DNA of 63,949 nucleotides, the filler included, from Lenisia limosa (taxonomy: Eukaryota > Protista > Breviatea): the NCBI GenBank assembly GCA_001655205.1. It is 11 parts of 11 records of this genome, joined end to end, with 100 filler letters (N's around TTAATTAATTAA, not from the genome) between each part and the next. Parts side by side here need not be neighbours in the genome. Positions count along the whole stretch, not along the records: positions 19,192 to 27,882 come from LPNZ01007258.1; positions 27,983 to 37,935 come from LPNZ01004569.1; 9 more parts are not named here. The stretch is one strand, 5' to 3'. The position numbers and the translations under genes were made by a program. Below are positions 24,101 to 34,100 of the stretch, piece by piece; positions within the stretch are counted from its first letter, which is position 1; each line of letters begins with the position of its first letter. The notes under the pieces were generated by a model that was given only the letters and a program-made list of their open reading frames with translations, was not told the origin of the DNA and did not search any database.

Positions 24101-26119
24101 TCACAGCTATTATATCCATCAAGAAACAAGAAATAGAAATAAACAAATATTGCAGACGGAGTAAGAATGAGAAGAACAATGCCGTATACGTATTCAAAGA
24201 AGCAATCCATCTTGGGCTTTACGTCGGTTTGAAAAAGACCAGTAAAATATCGATAGTTTTAGGGGATTTATCGAGAAATTCAGTCTTTTATTTTTCGAAC
24301 CGAAGTGAAGCTATAAAGCCACGCCTCCCTCGGTTTACCTCAATTGTGGACGACAGCCCCGAACGTTCCACAACAACGAGTTCAAAAAAGTCAGGAATAA
24401 TAGGCTACATGGTGAAAAGGTAAAGAAGAATGGGTCACTGGGTGAAAAGGTAAAGAAGAATGGGTCACTGGGTGAAAAGCTGAACTCACCCCAGTGCCTC
24501 TGCGAAAAGACCGGAGAGTCACGCTCGAATCCGTATACTGTAAAAGTAAAAATAGGCTTGGTGGTCAATAATACAAAAAACAAAGATTTCAATGATTTCC
24601 ATAAAAAAGGAAACAAAGGAATTTTGAAAGAGAGAGAAGCCACAAAATACTGATTTATATGAAGAGAATTTGAAACAGAGAAAAACTGTAAATTAGGTTG
24701 CATAAGCATCCAAAGGGTTGTTAAGCCACCGTGAATGAAGCGGCAAGGAAGCCTCCAGTCTTCATAGCGTTGATGAAGAAGAACCTTTCGACACCGGCCG
24801 GCTTCGGGTCTAGGGCCATAACCTGCTCTGCTGCCGTGCCAGCCTGGGGGAATGTGAACTCAAGAAACAAAAGCAAAAGAAACACACTCAAAAAATGCGC
24901 TATGACACTTCAGAAAGAATAGAACAAAACCCAAAGAGAAAACAAACGACTTGTATCAGGAAATACTCTCCAGAAATGGACTTCGGCATACCACTTTGTA
25001 GGACTTGATTGAGTAGATGGTTTCAAGGCCTACATCGATGTTAAAATAAATGATTAATTACTGTAAAAAAGCCATTTCAAACTAAGAACATATCCACAGT
25101 TTTGCCTAACTAAAATGAGACCGGAATTCCTCCAAATCGGCAATCCTGGTGTTCAGCGCTTCAATGGACGAATCATGGAAGGCCTGAAGGGTGAGGATTG
25201 ACAATGAAGGGAAAATAGAAGGTTATGTTTCTGACAAGATCCAAGAGAAACACGGAGGAGAATGTTTCCTCCTCGGTTGCCAGCTTTCTGAGAGTGATAT
25301 TTTTTTGCCTTAAATAGGTGATGTTTTTGCCTTATGTGGGTGATATTTGTGCATTATGCGGGTGACATCGGTCTTTGTAAACGGAACGCTTGGGTTTACT
25401 TCCACACTTGAGTAATAGCACTCCTCTGTATCAGCTCCAGCGCATCCCATTCCTCCGTATCCAACCAAAGGGTCGCGGCTCAGGGGATAAGGATTTCCCT
25501 TATCAATGACAAAAAAAAAACATTTTGATGCGTAGCCCCGTGGCCAACCTTATTGACTACATCGGAGGCGTTAACAGGGGCTGTCAACACCTGGAGTTTA
25601 TCGAAGACACCAGCACCTTGGTTTGACATTTGGAACGAAAGGGCTCCATAAGGCAGAAGGACAAGCCTGGGGAATGGTGAAACCGGCTTTAAACCACTTT
25701 TTAAGGGGTTTCAAACACTTTGCAAGTGTATTGCAGTGATGTGAAGACTATCAATCAATCAGGCATAAACAACAATGGGAAAATAAGAAAGTTTTCGGGA
25801 AATAGACAAGACAAAAATGCACAAAAGAGAACGCTCAATGCTATGTGTTCTTATGTTCCCTAGATATATTTGATATACTGTCTTACTCAAAAAAGGGGGA
25901 CAATGGTGATATGAAAACTGTATACATATATGCAAGAAAGGAAGCATACGACAATTAAAATACGCAAAGGTCAAAAAGATGGCCAATGTAAATGTTTCAA
26001 TACTGATAAGTATACTGGGAAGTAATACCCAATGTTCCGTTTACAAAGACTGATGCCACAAACACGTTTTCTCCCATCACCTACAGTAGAAAGCTGCTGA
26101 GGAAGGCGAGAAGAGCCAT
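21170..26119 (-). CDS. Multi-exon hypothetical, probably secreted protein (may be more than one gene)
   Basis: ATG at 26119; spliced exons 1-2 give the signal peptide MALLAFLSSFLL|LVLLPYGALS. Later exons include QATVVFDTPFDVEPVIVAC and MTWIAVAPG, reminiscent of H-type-lectin/gp53-like beta repeats. Phases are not fully resolved. Confidence 0.55.
21396..21492. mobile_element. Family A MITE copy
   Basis: TIRs AGAGCTTCACTTTCGGTTC / GAACCGAAAGTGGAGCTCT with the shared internal TATCGATA/GGATTTATCG core. Confidence 0.8.
22158..22256. mobile_element. Family A MITE copy
   Basis: AGGGCTTCACTTCAGTTCC...GAACCGAAGTAAACCCCTA. Confidence 0.8.
22381..22464. mobile_element. Family A MITE copy (internally deleted)
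   Basis: TA-GGGCTTCACTTCGGTTCC...GAAGTGAAGCCC-TA. Confidence 0.82.
22961..23047 (-). repeat. Family C dispersed repeat
   Basis: Reverse complement of ATCCAATATCTCTTATAAGTG(TG)ATGGTGTGGACGGCTTCGGTCAGATACAACCTT; other copies at 34917, 39405 and 59964. Confidence 0.85.
23563..23692. repeat. Tandem duplication, ~55-bp unit x2.3
   Basis: AAAAATGGATCAAAATAAAAATACTCATCATAATGAACAATAATAAT repeated. Confidence 0.85.
23869..23966. mobile_element. Family A MITE copy
   Basis: TAAGGTCTCTTTGGTTCGGAAAAAGACTGAATTTCTC...GGTCTTTTTTGAACCAAAGTGAAGCACTA. Confidence 0.8.
24213..24314. mobile_element. Family A MITE copy abutting a probable 3' splice site
   Basis: TGGGCTTTACGTCGGTTTGAAAAAGACC...CGAACCGAAGTGAAGCTATA. 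Confidence 0.8.
24411..24479. repeat. Tandem repeat, 30-bp unit x2.3
   Basis: GGTGAAAAGGTAAAGAAGAATGGGTCACTG repeated exactly. Confidence 0.9.
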
Positions 26120-26462
26120 CTGCGCAGAGTTCGGACGTTGTTTGAGCGGTGCTTGGCGGCAAAGTCTTCGCACTCTTTTGTTTTACAATGAGAGCACTCT
26201 AACTTAACTAATGCGTTGATGGAGAGGCCAGGAGGGGTGGGAGGGGGCGTTTGCGCTGAAAAGGGGTTTCTTTGAGTTAGTACACCCCCAGATTCTTCAT
26301 TACAAAAGCCAACTTTTCACACTCTGCTGCCAACACATCGTAATACACACATACCACACAAAGAAATAAAAGATAGAAGTAGAGAAGTTGAAGAAGAACT
26401 AAGGAACAAGGAATTCGTTCACCAATTTTGTGATTTGGAGGTCTTCCCCATCGTGTGACGCA

Positions 26463-27702
26463 ATGGGGGAATACGCTGCCTCTGTTTCTGATGCAGGCAC
26501 TCTGACGACTCGTGGCAGAATGGGGCTGGAGTAGGCGGAGGGGATCAAGAGTTTGGTGAACTATTATCTCTGTCTTTAGGGAGTATATAAGCTTGGTTTA
26601 GGTAGCAAATGTAATATTATGACTATTGTTGGGGTTGGAACCTGTGTAATGTCCTATAATGCTCTATTCAGCCCGACTGTTACCGAGTTTGCCTCTCTCC
26701 AGGCCGAAGGCGCTACGCTAATGCAGAAAATGGAATACGGAAGGGCCATAGACGCCTTCTCGAGGGTTAGTTGTGCCTTACGTTTGCTTTGTCTCAACCC
26801 TTTCTCTTCGCCTCTCATGGCTTGCACATATCGTACCTCTGGGCAAATTAATAATCTACCAGTATTCGTCATTATAAAATTGATATAAAAGTAGAGCAGT
26901 TCTTGTTGAGAGGAGCTCATCCATAACCCATCTATAATGGGGAAGATTATGTTGTTACATATCTCCGCGTCTCAATATATGCCCATGGGATGCGGTGCTG
27001 CAGAAGTGACTGGCCTGGGCTTTGTTTGTTTTTTTGTTCGCAACCTTCGTGTGTTTGTTCATCTTAAAGTATACACAGCTAAATTTTGTACCTTTACGCA
27101 ATCTTCTTCATCGCAACTTCCTTCGTTTTACCCCACACTTCATACATACCTCCACTTGTCTCACGTCCTTGCGACAATCCGAGTTAACTAACAGGGTTAT
27201 TCATCTCACGTTACAGGCGCTGAATCTGCGTCCTGATCACAAGGATATTCTTGTCTCTCGAGCCAAGTGCTACATCAACCTTGGCAAGCCTAACCTGTGG
27301 GGTCTGGGTGGAATGCAAAGATTGATGTTGATAGTATGATCTTAAGGAATTGTTGATAATGATGTTATTAGGGAAAGGATAATAAAGATATTAGAGAAAG
27401 ATTGATATGATATGAATGAGGAATCTAATGGCATATATTTTAGAGCTCTTTGCAATCAATAGTGAGACCTATTGGCATAGAACTCCATTTCAGACGCTTT
27501 AATTTCAATTTTCTTCAAAAAATTATTTGCACGGAGTCCTGGTATTATTCCCAAACCAATATTTTTTGAACTTCCTCTGTTTGTACATATGATATAGTAT
27601 ATTGTTGCATGCAAATCATATATATAAGGGTTTTTTTTTTACCTTTTTAGTGCATTGGATGATGCTGATACAGTCTTGAAAATCTCCCCTGAGTCCTATA
27701 AG
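26463..27702 (+). CDS. TTC25: TPR protein, TTC25/ODAD4-like (N-terminal exons; cut at the contig end)
   Basis: PTVTEFASLQAEGATLMQKMEYGRAIDAFSR|ALNLRPDHKDILVSRAKCYINLGKPNL|ALDDADTVLKISPESYK resembles the TTC25 N-terminal TPRs. The TPR call is firm, orthology less so. Confidence 0.65.
26985..27137 (+). repeat. Family B intronic repeat (diverged centre)
   Basis: ATGGGATGCGGTGCTGCAGAAGTGACTGGCCTGGGCTTT..CAACCTTCGTGTG..CTTCCTTCGTTTTACCCC. Confidence 0.8.
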
Positions 27703-28159
27703 GTGTGGGGCTTTGGTATTAAAGTTCGGGATTAAAATGATGATATCATATGATATCATATTCTTTTATTTTCTGTTTCGGTTTACTAGTTACTTGTTTG
27801 CCTTTACTGTTAACAAGAGGACCGTGATAAGTCTTTATAAGACTACATAATCAAGCCCCCTCCCCCCGCTGCAGAAGCGACTNNNNNNNNNNNNNNNNNN
27901 NNNNNNNNNNNNNNNNNNNNNNNNNNTTAATTAATTAANNNNNNNNNNNNNNNNNNNNNNNNNNNNNNNNNNNNNNNNNNNNGGTTCTAGAGGGTATTGT
28001 GTGTGTGTGTTTTTCTTTACAATAATAGTCCAAATACCCCTCCACCCCTCTACCGTAACAATCAGGATGATAAAACAATAGTTAACGAGTTTTTCTGAAC
28101 GCAAGATAATATAATAAATAAAATAGAATCTAGGGGTACACGTGTTCTTACCTCTCAAG

Positions 28160-31100
28160 GTTGAAGCGGCCTATATTAGAGCCATGCAAGAGGCGAAATT
28201 GCGCTACACGCTCCTTGGCAAATTGTAGGCAAATAACGGGGGAAAATGTTGGATCATTTTGTAAAAAAATGTCAATGGTAAAGCAATTGGATAATACTAA
28301 TCAAGAGGCCAATTGTTGGCAAATTATGGGGAGTATTAATATTAGGTAACCAGACTTGCCATATAAGGGAACCAGACTTACCATATTAGGCAAGCGGACG
28401 AGTCCTTTGCAAGTCGCCTCCCTGCCACAGTGGTGGAGTCTTTACTCCCATCGAGGGCAGTAGGGCTTGCTTCCACTCCTAATTTCGATGAAACTGCCAA
28501 TTTGGTGGGTTTATATAAAATGATAAGACAATAATACTTTTTTGAATGCGTCTTCAATATCAATACAATATTGAATATTTAGAATATTAAAAATACTATG
28601 TTTTTTTTAAAAAAAATACATGAATGACCCTTAGATCCACGACAACCTTCTCGCAGGAGACCGTAAAGTCCAAACCGCCCTCCTTCGGGTCTACAAGGAG
28701 TGCATACAACAGTCGTCAGCCAATCTCTTCACTGAGTTTGCCCAATTCACTGCCACTCCCTCCTTGCCGTCTAAGTTCGAATGCGCCGTAACGACCGCGC
28801 GAGTTCGTTGTATTGAGACCCTCCAATCGGGGTTGGCGAGGGTTGTATATTCTATGTTTGAGAAGTGTTAGTTATGGTGGCTTAACTTTTGCAACACGTT
28901 TCATACAGATTTCCCTTTTTTGACACCTCAGATTCATCTGTACCGTTGCATTCGGCATAAGAGACGACCTGACTTCCCACTTCGCATTGGACGTTGATAG
29001 TGGTGAGTGGGGAGTAGCGTTTTGGAAGAGTCGTCGTAATTGACAATCATGCCACACATCCCACTAGATATCCTATTGGTATATTTACGCCACTAGTCAT
29101 CATATTATCCTTCGTTTATCCCTTACCCCGTCTTTGGCTGTTTTGATATTTAAGTTTTTTATTTCATAATTTTTCCAATTTTATCCCCCCTCCCCAGTTG
29201 CCGCCTTAGCCGAGCCTGTCCGGAGGCTGCTGAAGCTGTCGTCCACTATTGTTTCATCTGCTCTATTGGACCTCTCAAAACGCTCGGTCATGGTGGGGGG
29301 AGGGGATGTGTTTAATAATAGATAAATGGGGGGCGTGGATACCTTTTTCACATAATTTTGTTTTTCATTTTTATTTTCTTTAGTTTTTTAACCGTGTTAT
29401 TTTTCTCATTCGTAGTCGATCCTTGAGCTTCTACAGCTTTACCTCCCCGAAAACGCGGTTTTGGCTCCTGCTGGTGAGAGAGATGGGGCTTTATACGAGG
29501 ATGAGGGAGTACTGGTGTGTGTGAGAGNNNNNNNNNNNNNNNNNNNNNNNNNNNNNNNNNNNNNNNNNNNNAATTGTGGTAGGGGGAGTGGAGTTTGAGA
29601 GGTATTGGAGTTGAACCTGTTCATTCAATATAATCAGAAATAGTGGTTCCCCTCCATCTTCCTTTATTCATAAATTGTGTCATCCATATACCCCCTTTGT
29701 TTTTATGATCCCTAATACCAAGGAGCTTTTTGCTACAAATTTCCCCTATTTTCACGAGTAATTGGATGCGGTGCTTGCAGAAGCGGCTGGCCTGAGCTTT
29801 TGTTTGTTTTGTTGTTATCAACCCTCATGTGTTGTCAGCCAACAGAGTTGATTTTGGGCTGTTTTTGTTTCATATTTCCCCATGTTCACCCCCTCAGAGG
29901 ACATTACAGCGCAGTACCTGAGGGAGGCAGCAGAGGAGGGCGACTGGGACGGCTTCATTGAAGACCTTCCCGAGGTGGTCCCGCAGGACAATGGTTGGAG
30001 GTGTAATAAGTAGGGCTCCAAAAAGAGGGGTTGTCTCATTAAATCCTCAATGAAAATCGATATTCGAGATAATGATTGGAGCTAATCCAACAAGAGATAA
30101 TCACTAGGGGTGGTGTGATGGCATTTGGTGTGTTTGGGAGATAATGGTGGTGTGGTGTGATAGGGTGTTATAAGTGACAATGGATGTTGTGTTTGGGTTA
30201 TGCTGTAATAATGTAAGGGAAAACTGTATTTTGTGAAAATAATATTGTAACCACTTTAGTTGGCTCTGAGCAAGAGGAGATGAATTTATCGGGAAATGAA
30301 GGTTCCGAGTATTCCGACTCTTCTGACAATTTATCTGAAGCAGAATCCGAGGTAGGGGGNNNNNNNNNNNNNNNNNNNNNNNNNNNNNNNNNNNNNNNNN
30401 NNNNNNNNNNNNNNNNNNNNNNNNNNNNNNNNNNNNNNNNNNNNNNNNNNNNNNNNNNNNNNNNNNNNNNNNNNNNNNNNNNNNNNNNNNNNNNNNNNNN
30501 NNNNNNNNNNNNNNNNNNNNNNNNNNNNNNNNNNNNNNNNNNNNNNNNNNNNNNNNNNNNNNNNNCTGCAAATACCTTGATAGTCGATGAGGAGGCGGCC
30601 AGGTGGGGATTGTGCTAAAAGTGGAAATGAACAATTGTAATATTTGTTGTGATATAAACGTGTAAACTTTGCTGAGGTGGGGGAGAGTGTACATATTATT
30701 GGTGAAGCTCAGGAGTTGTTGTGTTTCATGTGTTGAATGTCTATTTAAACCCAAAAGCAGAGTTGCTGTTGCGTTTTGTTTTGTTTTTCACCCTTCTCTC
30801 CATCAGTTATTTTTTTGTTAATTGTTTTTTTCATTTGCTACCCCCCCCCCTCCCTCATTTACATTTTCAGTCTTTGCTGGAGAATTGTGGCGCATGCCAG
30901 GCAAACATCGGGACCAGGTGGGCGGGTATTGGGAGATTGGTTTTGTTTAACAAGAGAAATAATATACAATAGAAATCCAGGGAAACAACAACATACATAG
31001 GGATACCCTTTAAAAACAATATAAAAAAACGGGGGATGGGGTTGGTTGTAAGTTGATTATAATCGTTTGGTGGTGGGAGGTTCAGAGGTAACACAATCAT

Positions 31101-34100
31101 TTCACCCAGTTATCTCAGATCATCCTACTTTGATATAGTTGCGGCAGTAATGAATACATTTTTTATATGGTTACTGTTATGTCAAGATGTGCGAAATGTT
31201 GTTATATCTAAATAATTCTCTACAATATACCCAAACAAATGCAAGTAATGAATGTAATGTTACGGTGCAGGCGCATGGGAAGATGGTCGAATATGGCTCC
31301 GTAAGGCTCAGTTCTCCATTGACCTCTGTGTCGACCTTGACGGTCCCGAGGGTACCCCTGTGTTTGAGTTCCATCCCCCAATATCCGAGGTTGNNNNNNN
31401 NNNNNNNNNNNNNNNNNNNNNNNNNNNNNNNNNNNNNNNNNNNNNNNNNNNNNNNNNNNNNNNNNNNNNNNNNNNNNNNNNNNNNNNNNNNNNNNNNNNN
31501 NNNNNTTTTTGAATATAGTGATCTTTTTTGTTCGTCCTTTAATTGGCCTTAGATTCGCGGCACCATTGAGGCAGCCTTCAACTCTTGTCTGACTTCGCCA
31601 TCATCTTTGTCGTCTGTTGAGAGCATGGTGGGGCTGTGTGTTATTATCAATTTTGGTATGTAGGTATATATGCAGTGTGTGTGCGCAGGGTGGGTTAGCA
31701 AATGGTGAAAGTGGGAGTTGAGTTATTAATTTTTACTCCCCCCTCCCCCTCCCCTAAACGTTTTTTTTTGTTCTCAGCCTTCGTGTGTTGTNNNNNNNNN
31801 NNNNNNNNNNNNNNNNNNNNNNNNNNNNNNNNNNNNNNNNNNNNNNNNNNNNNNNNNNNNNNNNNNNNNNNNNNNNNNNNNNNNNNNNNNNNNNNNNNNN
31901 NNNNNNNNNNNNNNNNNNNNNNNNNNNNNNNNNNNNNNNNNNNNNNNNNNNNNNNNNNNNNNNNNNNNNNNNNNNNNNNNNNNNNNNNNNNNNNNNNNNN
32001 NNNNNNNNNNNNNNNNNNNNNNNNNNNNNNNNNNNNNNNNNNNNNNNNNNNNNNNNNNNNNNNGTACCGCCCTCCACCTCTTGGGCCAAGGAGACCTGGG
32101 ACCAAATCAAGTATGGGGGATTTAGGGGGTTAAGACCAATTTGGGGGACTGTGGATGTGAGGTGTTGAGTGGGGGGTGGGTATGAAGATAAAGTATGTGT
32201 GTGTGGGTCCAAAGAGATAATAAAATCCGGAAAACGTTTGTCTTTCCTAACAGTGTTTCCTGTTTCCTGTCCAAATCTCACGATACAGTGAGATCCTCAC
32301 GGAGAATGAGAGTTTACCTCAAGTTTTGTTGGACCGTTTCAACGACGCTGCTAGTGTTATGCCCAACATGCCACCACAGGAACACGCTCAGAAGTTGGGG
32401 GGGGGGGTAATTCTAAATGTGTGGTGAATGTCTTTAATAAGAATGTGTACCCCCCCCCCCCNNNNNNNNNNNNNNNNNNNNNNNNNNNNNNNNNNNNNNN
32501 NNNNNNNNNNNNNNNNNNNNNNNNNNNNNNNNNNNNNNNNNNNNNNNNNNNNCCCAGGATGCTTTCATACAACAAACATATAATCCCCCAGGATGCTTGA
32601 TGCCGGCGCCGGGCTAGCCACGTTCGCCTCACTCTTGGCCCGGTTTGGGGTGTAAAGAGGGAATTAGGATTCATTTTTGCAATATAGACGTTGAACTGTA
32701 TTTGTTACGGCTAGATTAACTCTGTTTATTACGGCTTGGTGAACTTTGATTTTTTTTACTCAGTACAGTTACAGAGGACTTGAAAAAGCCGTTGTACGCA
32801 TCACTCCGAATGAGGTTGAGGGAAGGGGGTTAGAATCACATAACAGAACAAAAGGAATAATGGAGACGTAATGAAAAGAAAAGATGGGAGAGGGTTGAGT
32901 TTTGTAGCAATTCTGGCTAAGTTTGTGACCATTAATTATGTGTCAGTTTCTGTGGCGCTCTCTTAGGGTTATTTTTGGGGATCGTGTCAAGTAGAGACTA
33001 TACTTCAGAAACAACGTCCTTTTTTCACACCCAAAAAGTGCCGTTTCCCTCTCATTGCCATTGACACACGTCCTGCCAAAAATGCCATTGCCCAACGGGC
33101 AGTTGAACTGTGTCGCACCATCCAGGGTAGGGGGGAGAGGTAAATGGAGGGGTGGGGCTTCACTGCAATTTGAAAAAGGCTGAATGTCTCGATTAATCCT
33201 CGAAATCTATCGATATTGTATTGGTCTTTTTCGAACCGAAGTGAAGCCCTTGGTATGAGGGTATATAGGATGATGCATGGGGTGTATTTTGACTTTTTAG
33301 CTCATAAAGACTATCAAATAATATTTATTAATTGAATTCTTATTTTTTCCATGAATTTTAGCTTGTATATAGACTNNNNNNNNNNNNNNNNNNNNNNNNN
33401 NNNNNNNNNNNNNNNNNNNNNNNNNNNNNNNNNNNNNNNNNNNNNNNNNNNNNNNNNNNNNNNNNNNNNNNNNNNNNNNNNNNNNNNNNNNNNNNNNNNN
33501 NNNNNNNNNNNNNNNNNNNNNNNNNNNNNNNNNNNNCCTTCTGACTAAGTTCGAAGCTATGCATACTGAGGTTGGAAGGGGGTATATCTTTCGTATAATA
33601 CACAAAATCGTTTCTGATAATATGGATGGATTCGACCAGGTTCCATCTGTTTATTCCTTATATCTAAAACTCATATTATTAATGAATCTATAAAAATGGT
33701 GACATACAATGACTGTTTTGTTGATTAACAGATTTTCTATGATTTCTTAATGACAATTGGTATGTTATAGTTCTGTTAATTACCTACGTTATGGCCCTCT
33801 CAATCACCTATAGGTTATGCGTCCTCCACCTTCGCCCGAAGCCTGGGCTGAGAGTTACAAGGTCGGGGGGGGGGGGGNNNNNNNNNNNNNNNNNNNNNNN
33901 NNNNNNNNNNNNNNNNNNNNNNNNNNNNNNNNNNNNNNNNNNNNNNNNNNNNNNNNNNNNNNNNNNNNNNNNNNNNNNNNNNNNNNNNNNNNNNNNNNNN
34001 NNNNNNNNNNNNNNNNNNNNNNNNNNNNNNNNNNNNNNNNNNNNNNNNNNNNNNNNNNGTTAGGCCCAGTTCTCGAGTCGCAGTACAGGGAAGTTGAAGT

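Noticed and set aside
27702-28400. TTC25-like gene continuing across the linker at 27883
   Set aside because: Exons after the linker do not resemble TTC25 and lead into dynein heavy chain sequence.
29850-29860. Sm-binding site (RAU4-6GR) in family B implying an snRNA-like or spliced-leader RNA
   Set aside because: It matches in two copies (29762, 42326), but the U-run length varies outside the consensus in others.
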